The position numbers and the translations under genes were made by a program. From contig CAIPDV010000042.1 in NCBI GenBank assembly GCA_903863935.1, positions 68,869 to 132,868 on the forward strand: a DNA stretch of 64,000 nucleotides. Direction: 5' to 3'. Position 1 is the first letter of the stretch, and each line of letters starts with the position of its first letter. Below, piece by piece: positions 10,301 to 18,169 of the stretch. Below the pieces are notes generated by a model. The model did no database searches. It had not been told where the DNA came from and saw only the letters and a list, made by a program, of their open reading frames with translations. The stretch comes from an uncultured Bacteroidota bacterium. GTDB lineage: Bacteria; Bacteroidota; Bacteroidia; JABEUT01.

Positions 10301-11436
10301 TTTTAATTTCAGTTGTTGCAACCAACGATGCAGTTATTACATGGCTGCCTCCTTTAAGTGGAAACTCAACAACAAAATATATTGATTCGGCTGGTACCTA
10401 TTCCGTAAAAGTTGTTTCGTGCGGAATTACTACTATATGCACTATAACGATAACAATGTCGCATCCATATGCTATCATTGGTTCAAAGCCTCATACACTA
10501 TGCGCTGGAGGTGACTCCCTTACCCTTACAGGTGATACTGGAATGGCTATTTATAAATGGTTGCCCGGTAATATTTATAGTCAATCACTTATAGTAAAAA
10601 AAGCAGGAACTTATACTTTAATAGCCACCGATGCATTTGGTTGCAGTGCCTCATCAACTATAAAAATAACAGCTCCGCTTAAAGGCTCTATTTCATCATT
10701 TTTGAATAAAAATTGTAATGGCGACAGTAATACCGGAACCATTAAAGTAAGCGTTCTGGGAGGAAGCGGACATTATTCATACGCATGGTCGCCCAATGTT
10801 GGCATCGGTCCAACGGAAACAGGATTGAAAGCAGGTTCTTACACTGTTACTATTACCGATACCAATGGATGTACGGTTGTTGAAACAGATTCCATCCCTT
10901 CTTATATTCTGCCGCAGGCTATAGCAGCTTTCACATTTACACCGGATACGGTAAGCCCGGGACAACTCGTCAACTTTATAAATGATAGTAAGGGCGGAAC
11001 CAGTTATTACTGGACGTTTGGCGATGGTCATTCCACTACCGATTCTTTCCCTTCCTATGCTTATGCAGGTGACGGTAGTTATGTGATAATGCTAATTACA
11101 TATAATGCATGGGGTTGCCCGGACACTACTTATGGTACGATATTTGTGACGGACGGAACTAATTTCCCGAATGTATTTACACCAAACGGAGATGGTCAAA
11201 ATGATATTTTCTATTTTGTAATTAAAGGTGCTAAATGTTTACATGCTAACATTTACAACCGTTGGGGCGTGCTTATTTATGAGATCAATAATTTGCAGGA
11301 TGGGTGGCCGGGAACTATAAGACAGACCGGAATGCCAGCCTCTGATGGAGTATATTATTACATCCTCGATTATTGTGATTGGGATTATGTCCATCACAAA
11401 AGAGACGGATTCTTACAATTGATCCGGAATAAATAA
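7357..11436 (+). CDS. Giant secreted T9SS cargo protein with SBBP beta-propeller repeats, Ig-like/PKD domains and a type-B (CHU_C, gliding-motility-associated) C-terminal domain
   Basis: Signal peptide. At least seven SBBP-type repeats (YTTGYFTGTATFGS...DIFLVKTNSSG pattern). Many Cys-containing Ig-like modules, and a PKD-like YYWTFGDGHSTTD. The C-terminus is PNVFTPNGDGQNDIFYFV...NRWGVLIYEI. Confidence 0.7.
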   Translation: MENNYSNLKYRIKNRRYILLLFVLITFTYSKNLSAQSYWMQKGGSGSADEGYSISLDDSANTYTTGYFTGTATFGSLNITCTGVSDIFLVKTNSSGIFKWAVKAGDGGSDRGLAVKTDKNGNSYLTGYYYGTATFGTHTLTSTGLQDVFVAKYDRNGNVLWVSSAGGTQSDIGNAITIDNSGNAIITGQFAGKATFGSYTLNSTANNINVFTAKLDGATGNFLWAKGGTGPHTDRGLGVACDPSGNVYVTGEFTDTITFDNVHKSPMYNAIFLIKYSNAGNELWFTEAGGGTYNIANAIAVDNSSNIYLTGNFTGTITFFAQSNFTLTNPYPNRIFVVKYDNAANLIWDVSDGSNNPVSANSISLDASGNAYILGNFDCIFNSYADQYGQGTFNSVGSLDIFAAEYSGTSGKWQWSRQIGGHGNNYGYSLAVSAAADVYTAGSFDQDMIITSAPAPSFIGYNAVDTKYCNSTYCSDPNYGHYADFRTYGNLDIDIAKPFNLGRQPYDFYLRNGAGCDRPQVSVCISTSLSGACMDTAQFCTSGELYAITNTCSTIGPNFTYLWSNGSRSGATSVNVTGYYWVTQTSADGCFVTKDTIYVIIHPPPPAPCISDNVVINTNSTNPQPIRLCDKSVKLTGCNYGKDSAYYWTTPKMKQIDSLTITVGLHSDSGYYCFNVVDSFGCVNKTCVWVAIDSNLSKIVPKLKCLTCKNDTAFICKGSSFVMFPYDSITNPFGNPALCIPPQFGTTNKWLVTPNTIAYALYTYCPPQNYMTPSDSGWYQITDSILRHNICGNTKQAVHDSVYVRLYPLPPPISLTIKGKSQLCSGDSEWVSVSGFRPFKWSNGSTMDSIFVGYGTYSVSASDTNQYGCTTSGFASISITKAIMTTPSISFFPSNGIICPGDSVEIIATGGPYQEYSWYGPSGPIAADTNIIWVKSPGSYYLFASDSNPCGLSALSNTVLIEAYATPYIQTPNTNICPGDSVLISVVATNDAVITWLPPLSGNSTTKYIDSAGTYSVKVVSCGITTICTITITMSHPYAIIGSKPHTLCAGGDSLTLTGDTGMAIYKWLPGNIYSQSLIVKKAGTYTLIATDAFGCSASSTIKITAPLKGSISSFLNKNCNGDSNTGTIKVSVLGGSGHYSYAWSPNVGIGPTETGLKAGSYTVTITDTNGCTVVETDSIPSYILPQAIAAFTFTPDTVSPGQLVNFINDSKGGTSYYWTFGDGHSTTDSFPSYAYAGDGSYVIMLITYNAWGCPDTTYGTIFVTDGTNFPNVFTPNGDGQNDIFYFVIKGAKCLHANIYNRWGVLIYEINNLQDGWPGTIRQTGMPASDGVYYYILDYCDWDYVHHKRDGFLQLIRNK

Positions 11437-11496
11437 AATTCCCTCTGATTAGCAGCAGTGTAGTTTTTCCTAACAATAAATGGAGTTTATTTTCGT

Positions 11497-14400
11497 TTGA
11501 GAAAAAAACTTTTCATGAAAAAAATTTACACTCCGTTATTTTTTATTTTTTGTATTGGGTTCATATCCCCTACCCTCCATGCTCAAACAGGCACCTGGAC
11601 AAAGATAACTACCAATGCACCTAACTACAATGAAGGTGTCACCCTTTTGATGACCGATGGTTCTGTGATATGTCATAATTCATCGGGCGGAGGATATGGT
11701 ATTGGATGGGACCGTCTCACTCCGAATGCTTCGGGTAGTTATATAAATGGAACCTGGAGTGCGATTGCACCAATGCTTTATGATGGCCTTTACTTTTCAT
11801 CACAGGTTTTACCAGATGGAAGCGTGTATGTTGCCGGTGGAGAATATGGAGCTGGAGCTACGCATGGAGAAGTGTATAGTCCATTTTCCAATACATGGAC
11901 CAAATGCGATTCCATTCCTTTAGGCTGGAATATTTATGATGGTAATTCCGAAATATTATATGATGGAACCGTTCTGGAAGGTCCGCAGATTGCAAGTTAT
12001 GGAGGCACATTGATATATCATCCCACAACCAATAAATATACGATAGGCCCTTCCGCATTATATGGACATGATGAAGCATCCTGGCTTAAGCTGAGGGATA
12101 GCAGTGTTCTTTTTGTAGGTATTGGCAGCACCTCTTCCAATCGTTATATCCCTCAAACCCAAACCTGGGTAAATGACGGAACTGTTCCGGGTAATTTGTA
12201 CGACAGTTATGGTCTTGAATCCGGTCCGGCATTTCTTTTGCCTAACGGAAAAGCCATATTTTTTGGTGCAACAGGATACAATGCCATTTATACTCCGAGC
12301 GGAAATACTGGTCCAGGAACATGGGCCACTGCCGATAGTTTTCCAATTATTAATGGCGCGCGCACAGGAATGCCCGATGCAGCAGCAGCCATGATGGTGA
12401 ACGGGAAAATTCTATGCGGAGTTTCGCCGGTTCCAACTGCAAGTAACAATGTATGGCGTACTCCTGTTTACTTTGTAGAATACGATTACACTACAAATAC
12501 TTTTGCGCAAGTAACAAGTATTTTTCCGGGGCAGGGTTCCGATTCCCTGAAAGGATATACGAGTTACCAGTTGAATATGCTCGACCTGCCAGATGGTAAT
12601 GTGCTTGTTTCTGTTGCGCAATCGGGAATTTCTAATCAATATTTTATTTATACTCCCGGAAGTGCAGCTATTCCGGAGGGAAAACCAACCATAAATAATA
12701 TTTATCAAACCAGTTGTTACAGTTATAATATTACGGGTAAATTATTTAATGGTATTTCAGAAGGTGCAGGATATGGCGACGATTGGCAATGTGAAACCAA
12801 CTACCCGATTGTCAGGCTAACAAACGGAAGTAATGTGTACTATACACAAACAAGCAAATGGAACAGAATAGGCGCTGTGCAAACCGATAGTTTGGAAGAT
12901 ACGGCTCAATTTACACTACCAATTAACCTTCCTATTGGAACATATTCTCTTGTATTAACGGCCAACGGTTTTGCTTCAAATCCTGTAATCTTTACAACAA
13001 CATATACAAAATTGAATGTTATAGCCATACCTGGCAATGAAAGTTGCATTGGCGGAAGTAATGGCAGCATCCAGGCGACTATTAGCGGAGGAGTTTCACC
13101 TTACACATATTCCTGGTCTACAGGTGCAACTACTTCATCTGTCACAGGACTTACAATAGGGAAATATAAAGTTACAGTAACAGATAAAAATGGATGTACT
13201 GCATCGGATTCTACAACAGTGGGACAACCAAATCCACTAACAGCAAGTGCCTCTGAATTAATTTCTGTTTTATGTAATGGAGGCAGCACTGGCAGCGCAT
13301 CCAGTTCTGTAACAGGTGGAACAAAACCCTATACCTACAATTGGTCAAACGCTATGACAGGAGCAGTTGTTAGCGGATTGAGCGCAGGCATATATTCACT
13401 CACAGTTTCCGATTCGTGTGGAAATACAGCGACAGCAACAGTTAGCATTTCTCAACCTCCTGTTGTATCTATTTCAATCACATCACAAATAAATCCACTT
13501 TGTTATGGTGGAACCGGAAGCGCAACTGCTAGTGCTGCAACAGGCGGAACTCCGATGAATATTATAACAACCATTACAGGAAACGGAACCTTCGGACATA
13601 TTGGAGATGGTGGGCTGGCAACAGCTGCCGAGGTGGCAAACCCATCCGGCGTAGCTGTGGACGCAGCAGGCAATATTTTTATAGCCGACCAGTTTAATAA
13701 TGAAATCCGCAGAATAGATTATTCAACCGGTATAATTACAACTGTTGCGGGAAATTTATCTTATGGCTATAATGGTGATGGAATACAAGCTACTGCCGCT
13801 AGCCTAAACTATCCTGCAGCAGTAGCGGTGGATGCTGCAGGCAATATATTTATTGCTGACGATGCCAATAACAGAATCCGGATGGTGGATCATTCAACAG
13901 GACTAATCAGCACAGTAGCCGGAACAGGTACTGCAGGATATAATTCAGACGGGATACAAGCAACCGCTGCTGAATTATACTATCCAATGTCACTTGCTCT
14001 TGATGCATCGGGCAATATATATATAGCAGACAATTACAACAATAGAATAAGGAAAGTTGACCATTCCACAGGATTGATAAGCACCATTGCTGGGGATGGA
14101 ACAGGAGCTTATAACGGAGACGGAATACTTGCCACTGCCGCTCAAGTAAATGCACCGACTGGTGTTGCACTTGACGCTTCTGCCAATATTTTTATTACTG
14201 ATTATAATAATCAAAGAATACGCGAGATAGACCACCTATCCGGAATTATAACCACGGTAGTAGGAAATGGATCGCTAGGATATAACGGTGACGGAATCCC
14301 CGCTACCGCTGCCGAATTGGCGTTTCCGTATAATACTTCAACGGATGGTCAGAACAATATTTTTATTGCCGATTATGATGGTGATGCTATCCGTAAAGTT

Positions 14401-15198
14401 GACTATTCTTCAGGAATAATAAATGCGGTAGCCGGAAACAGAGCGTATGGATACACCGGTGACGGAGGGCCTGCTACCATTGCCGAATTAGGCCAACCAT
14501 CGGATGTAAAAATTACCCCATCAGGTAATATTATTATAGCCGATAATGGAAATAATGCAATACGTGAAGTAACAAACTATACCTATCTGTGGTCGCCAAT
14601 TGGAGGCACAGGCATGGCAGCAACAGGACTAAGCGCAGGCACCTATACCATCACAGCCACCGATGGAAACGGATGTACGGCCACTGCTTCAGTTACTATT
14701 ACCCAGCCTGCTGTAATGACCATATTGCATGATTCAGTAGCCCAAAGCGGGCCATGCAATGGAATGGCCGGAGTAAACGTAAACGGAGGTTCGGCCCCAT
14801 ATACCTATTTGTGGTCGCCCGGAGGACAAACGAATGATACAATACAAAACCAATGTGCCGGAAGTTATTGCTGCGAAATAACTGACAACAATGGTTGCTC
14901 CCAAACCACATGTGTTACTGTTGTTCTTACAACGACTACAGGACCAGGTGCAATTGTAAATACGGTAAATATTTATCCTGAACCGAACAATGGTAAATTC
15001 ATGATCTCTGGCATTATGCAGGGACAGATTATCGATTTGTATGATTGCTTTGGAAGAAAAATAAAACATGCGGTAGTTGACCGAACAGACAATATTCAAA
15101 TGGATATTTCAACCATGGCTAACGGAATTTATTTTATCAGTATAAAAAATAAGGATGGCAGTATTATTACCCAAAAGAAAATTGTGAAAATGGAGTAA
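11497..15198 (+). CDS. Giant secreted T9SS cargo protein with SprB-type repeats, six NHL repeats and a type-A (Por_Secre_tail) C-terminal domain
   Basis: Signal peptide. SprB-like modules (GGVSPYTYSWSTG..., GGTKPYTYNWSN...). Six NHL repeats (GNIFIADxxNNxIRxxD). C-terminal ...IYPEPNNGKFMISG...IYFISIKNKDGSIITQKKIVKME. Confidence 0.7.
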   Translation: MRKKLFMKKIYTPLFFIFCIGFISPTLHAQTGTWTKITTNAPNYNEGVTLLMTDGSVICHNSSGGGYGIGWDRLTPNASGSYINGTWSAIAPMLYDGLYFSSQVLPDGSVYVAGGEYGAGATHGEVYSPFSNTWTKCDSIPLGWNIYDGNSEILYDGTVLEGPQIASYGGTLIYHPTTNKYTIGPSALYGHDEASWLKLRDSSVLFVGIGSTSSNRYIPQTQTWVNDGTVPGNLYDSYGLESGPAFLLPNGKAIFFGATGYNAIYTPSGNTGPGTWATADSFPIINGARTGMPDAAAAMMVNGKILCGVSPVPTASNNVWRTPVYFVEYDYTTNTFAQVTSIFPGQGSDSLKGYTSYQLNMLDLPDGNVLVSVAQSGISNQYFIYTPGSAAIPEGKPTINNIYQTSCYSYNITGKLFNGISEGAGYGDDWQCETNYPIVRLTNGSNVYYTQTSKWNRIGAVQTDSLEDTAQFTLPINLPIGTYSLVLTANGFASNPVIFTTTYTKLNVIAIPGNESCIGGSNGSIQATISGGVSPYTYSWSTGATTSSVTGLTIGKYKVTVTDKNGCTASDSTTVGQPNPLTASASELISVLCNGGSTGSASSSVTGGTKPYTYNWSNAMTGAVVSGLSAGIYSLTVSDSCGNTATATVSISQPPVVSISITSQINPLCYGGTGSATASAATGGTPMNIITTITGNGTFGHIGDGGLATAAEVANPSGVAVDAAGNIFIADQFNNEIRRIDYSTGIITTVAGNLSYGYNGDGIQATAASLNYPAAVAVDAAGNIFIADDANNRIRMVDHSTGLISTVAGTGTAGYNSDGIQATAAELYYPMSLALDASGNIYIADNYNNRIRKVDHSTGLISTIAGDGTGAYNGDGILATAAQVNAPTGVALDASANIFITDYNNQRIREIDHLSGIITTVVGNGSLGYNGDGIPATAAELAFPYNTSTDGQNNIFIADYDGDAIRKVDYSSGIINAVAGNRAYGYTGDGGPATIAELGQPSDVKITPSGNIIIADNGNNAIREVTNYTYLWSPIGGTGMAATGLSAGTYTITATDGNGCTATASVTITQPAVMTILHDSVAQSGPCNGMAGVNVNGGSAPYTYLWSPGGQTNDTIQNQCAGSYCCEITDNNGCSQTTCVTVVLTTTTGPGAIVNTVNIYPEPNNGKFMISGIMQGQIIDLYDCFGRKIKHAVVDRTDNIQMDISTMANGIYFISIKNKDGSIITQKKIVKME

Positions 15199-15305
15199 CG
15201 TATATTCTTACAAACTTACTATGCTAAACTCTAAAAATAAAAATGTGTTTTGATTTTATAGTGTCAGACCAAACCTAAAAAAAGACTATTAAAATTATTC
15301 GGAGC

Positions 15306-15566
15306 TTATTTAGATTCGGCTAATAGCCTTACCCCAGGGTTATTTACCAAATTGACAGAGATAATATCAGCCATGTATTTACCTGCATTTGTCATTTGCT
15401 TATCAATGTCTGTAATATACAGAACGACTATCTTTTTCTTGTTAAGAGTTTGAAGTTTTTGAGAAAGGTCTGCACTTATTGCTGTTAATGCCTTATCAAA
15501 TTCGCTTTGAGAAATACAAGCGAATGACAATGAGAAGAAATAAATTAGAGCAATAATCCTTTTCAT
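15306..15566 (-). CDS. Small secreted protein (86 aa), co-oriented 15 bp downstream of the HEPN-like membrane protein gene
   Basis: N-terminal signal peptide (MKRIIALIYFFSLSFACISQS). No recognisable family. Confidence 0.4.
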   Translation of the reverse strand: MKRIIALIYFFSLSFACISQSEFDKALTAISADLSQKLQTLNKKKIVVLYITDIDKQMTNAGKYMADIISVNLVNNPGVRLLAESK

Positions 15567-15580
15567 AGCTGCAAATTTAA

Positions 15581-16951
15581 TTAAAGAGATGAATGCTGGT
15601 CTCCATATATTATAAGAAGTTTCTGTAAAGCTGTTTCCTTAGCATCTGATTCAGTAACGTCATTTCCGATAGCTGAAATTTCAAAACTTTTAGAAATGGA
15701 TTTAGTAGAGGTTGATATAATGCTCATTGAAAGGGTGGCAGTGCAAATAATAGTACCCGAAGCTAATGTACCAGGGGTATATTTGTATTTGAGTTTTCCT
15801 ACAACCATATTCTTAGTGTAGTCGCTTAACTTTAATTTATCTATGATGTCAGAATTGCCCTCAAACAAGTCCTGAAACCCAGGTTTACTAGCAAAAATAC
15901 TTTTCAGCAACCCAAAGTTTGCATTTTCCCCCGATTTACTGTAAATACCCGCAATAGAGTTTGATAAATTATTCTCGATGCTCCCACCATCCTCAAATAT
16001 CGTTACCGATACATCAACTTTGCCTGAAGAGCTTGTTAAAGAGGAATTTATATAGGAACTATAATCTGTCTGCTCTGCCATTTTACCTGTATTATTCCCT
16101 GATTTAACTGTATTTGTGCCGCCAGAATGGGTCTTGACGGGACCGTGTCCTGGAGGGGGTGGTGGTGGTGGACCTATAATAATTATTTTTGGTGGTAATT
16201 TTGAACTAAACAATTGCTTCCATGGAACAAATTTATAACAAAGCCCAAAAACCAAAAGGGAAATTATAACCCAAAAAATTACTCTTGCTATCTTTGACCC
16301 CAAAAATCCAGATTTAACACTTACAGGTGATTCATTACTATTTTTTTTATTGGAATGATTTGAAAATATTTCTTTTAAAGTTACTCTCTCCTTTATATTA
16401 TTAAGTGAGTTTAGTAATTTAGTATCGTCAATTGCTTTTGCAATGCGACCCATATTATTCCACAATGCGACAATATCCTCTTCCTTCAAATAATCAGAAT
16501 TGAAATGGGCTACAGTATTCCTGACATAGGTAATTTCGCCAAGCCATGCGGGAAGGTTCATAGCTTGTTCATTGAAGTAAGGCCAAAACAGATTTTTATT
16601 GTACTCCGCAAATCCTTCAAAATATTGATAATCCAGAAGATCAGTATGTACTTTATTCGTATGCTTATTTATATCTTTAATCCACTTTTTCTGTAAATAA
16701 TCATTATTTTCATTCTTATCATAAAGAGCTTTCCTGAAATCGGGTTCCCATTTATCTGTATTTTTTGAGTGAAGGAGTTTATCTATAATAAATTCACCAA
16801 AAGATTTACGAAATATCTTCAGCGCACCGTAGACATCCTTTTCAAGGTCGGTCATACCTTCCTCTACAGGCTCATGTTCGTTAATTTCTTCGTCCATTTT
16901 AATATACCTTTTATCAAAGGTAATTTGGTTGGCTACTTGCAAAAATAGCAA
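15581..16951 (-). CDS. Membrane-anchored protein with an N-terminal HEPN-like (RNxxxH) domain, one TM helix, a poly-Pro linker and a C-terminal Ser/Thr-rich domain
   Basis: The motif YVRNTVAHF matches the Rx4-6H (RNxxxH) HEPN RNase signature, in an N-terminal domain of about 200 aa. TM helix VIFWVIISLLVFGLCY. Linker IIIGPPPPPPPGHGP. C-terminal domain of about 230 aa is rich in S/T/G/N. The true start is probably the internal ATG (MDEEINEHE, about 16897), because the ORF-track start sits 19 bp from the divergent gene start. Confidence 0.45.
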   Translation of the reverse strand: MLFLQVANQITFDKRYIKMDEEINEHEPVEEGMTDLEKDVYGALKIFRKSFGEFIIDKLLHSKNTDKWEPDFRKALYDKNENNDYLQKKWIKDINKHTNKVHTDLLDYQYFEGFAEYNKNLFWPYFNEQAMNLPAWLGEITYVRNTVAHFNSDYLKEEDIVALWNNMGRIAKAIDDTKLLNSLNNIKERVTLKEIFSNHSNKKNSNESPVSVKSGFLGSKIARVIFWVIISLLVFGLCYKFVPWKQLFSSKLPPKIIIIGPPPPPPPGHGPVKTHSGGTNTVKSGNNTGKMAEQTDYSSYINSSLTSSSGKVDVSVTIFEDGGSIENNLSNSIAGIYSKSGENANFGLLKSIFASKPGFQDLFEGNSDIIDKLKLSDYTKNMVVGKLKYKYTPGTLASGTIICTATLSMSIISTSTKSISKSFEISAIGNDVTESDAKETALQKLLIIYGDQHSSL

Positions 16952-16970
16952 ATTACATTATGCTTATTAA

Positions 16971-17336
16971 ATGACCATTGAACAAAACCCAAATGTATTT
17001 AATATGGAGGTTTTCAAGAAAGACTTAGAGTTAGGAGTTGAGGAATATGCCAAGTTTACTTCTTCGCGTCGCCGTTCGCATAGTTGGGATGAGAAGCCAA
17101 ATGATGAATCCGAGAATAGAATGGCAACTGAAAATAAAACCAAATTCGAAGAAATATCTAAAATGGTAATCAATGCATTAAAACAGAGTAAAAATAAGGA
17201 AGGCGTGCTTGAAGCGACTCATCTGGCTTTCTATGAAATTAATATGGAATATTACAGATATGGCGATAATCGTCCTATTATTTCACCTGAACAAGAAGCA
17301 ATCTTTTTTAGAGATATTATAGTAAAGTTATTTTAG
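16971..17336 (+). CDS. Hypothetical acidic cytoplasmic protein (121 aa), divergent from the HEPN-like gene
   Basis: ORF followed at +8 nt by a perfect 10-bp-stem hairpin. No recognisable motifs. Confidence 0.35.
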   Translation: MTIEQNPNVFNMEVFKKDLELGVEEYAKFTSSRRRSHSWDEKPNDESENRMATENKTKFEEISKMVINALKQSKNKEGVLEATHLAFYEINMEYYRYGDNRPIISPEQEAIFFRDIIVKLF

Positions 17337-17343
17337 AAAGAAG

Positions 17344-17365
17344 ATACCTATTAAATAATAGGTAT
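17344..17365 (+). terminator. Perfect hairpin ATACCTATTA-aa-TAATAGGTAT immediately after the 16971..17336 ORF stop
   Basis: The 10-bp inverted repeat with a 2-nt spacer is seen directly. The downstream tract is A/T-rich but not a clean U-run. Confidence 0.3.
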
Positions 17366-17826
17366 AGTTATAATATAAGTTGGTACTTATTAAATCCTGT
17401 GAGATATTTATAGAAGTTCCCAGCAGTTTGCACACTTGCTGCTTGCTATTTGGAACATCTACAAAACCTTCAACTATCTGCGTTTCCAATTTCTTTTAAA
17501 TTTAAACCTTGCAGACAAACCGTTTCGTTAAATCTTAATATAAGGAACAAAATAAACCCCTGCAAGCATTAAGCCATGCAGGGGCGTGTGGGGTTGGCTT
17601 CCCTAAAAAAGGAAAATTAACCCCCCGTAAATGCCATCTAAACTCCGAACGGTTTTGGAGTCAATATTAAATCTCGCTTAAAACAACTTGGGGGATTTGT
17701 CAAAAAAGTGCTTTAGTTTTTAAAACCGCACCCCAAAGCGCACCCCGACCGCACTCGACCTTTTTAGGGCTTTCCGCTTAATGAAAAAAGAGCCTAAAAT
17801 CGGCTCATTTTCAAACTCTTATTCAG

Positions 17827-17899
17827 TGATCCCGATGGGGCTCGAACCCATGACCCCAACATTAAAAGTGTTGTGCTCTACCAACTGAGCTACGGAATC
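17827..17899 (-). tRNA. tRNA-Lys (anticodon TTT)
   Basis: The reverse complement reads GATTCCGTAGCTCAGTTGGTAGAGCACAACACTTTTAATGTTGGGGTCATGGGTTCGAGCCCCATCGGGATCA. It has a 7-bp acceptor stem (one G-U pair), the D-loop AGCTCAGTTGGTAGAGC, the anticodon loop CTTTTAA and a GGTTCGAGCCC T-arm. CCA is not encoded. Confidence 0.85.
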
Positions 17900-17925
17900 A
17901 ACAATGTTTTCCTTAAAAAGGTGCG

Positions 17926-17933
17926 CAAAGATA
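17926..17933 (-). promoter_or_regulatory. Candidate -7 box TATCTTTG about 27 nt upstream of the tRNA-Lys 5' end
   Basis: The reverse complement of caaagata matches the Bacteroidota TAnnTTTG consensus. Confidence 0.3.
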
Positions 17934-18169
17934 ATAGAATTTAATATGACAAAACCCTTATGGGGAATATTTAAATCCTTAAACCCTAAATAACTTTATA
18001 ATCAAAAGGATATCAATCCTTTTTAAGTGTGGTTATTGTTGGAGATATTACCGGATTTTCACATTTAGAGCATGCAGCCTTCTCTTTATGGCTAATTGTC
18101 TTATATATTTTCCAACCCGCATATACCAATGCCAAAGCAAAAATAATATATACAAGTATGGTTTGCATC

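Noticed and set aside
1061-14235. Numerous antisense or alternative-frame ORFs of 60-140 aa inside large genes, for example 1061..1297, 2624..3098, 7743..8180, 9369..9722, 12412..12708 and 13907..14235
   Set aside because: Each is embedded in a longer ORF with clear family-level motifs on the other strand or frame. Their translations are low-complexity, consistent with chance ORFs in AT-rich DNA.
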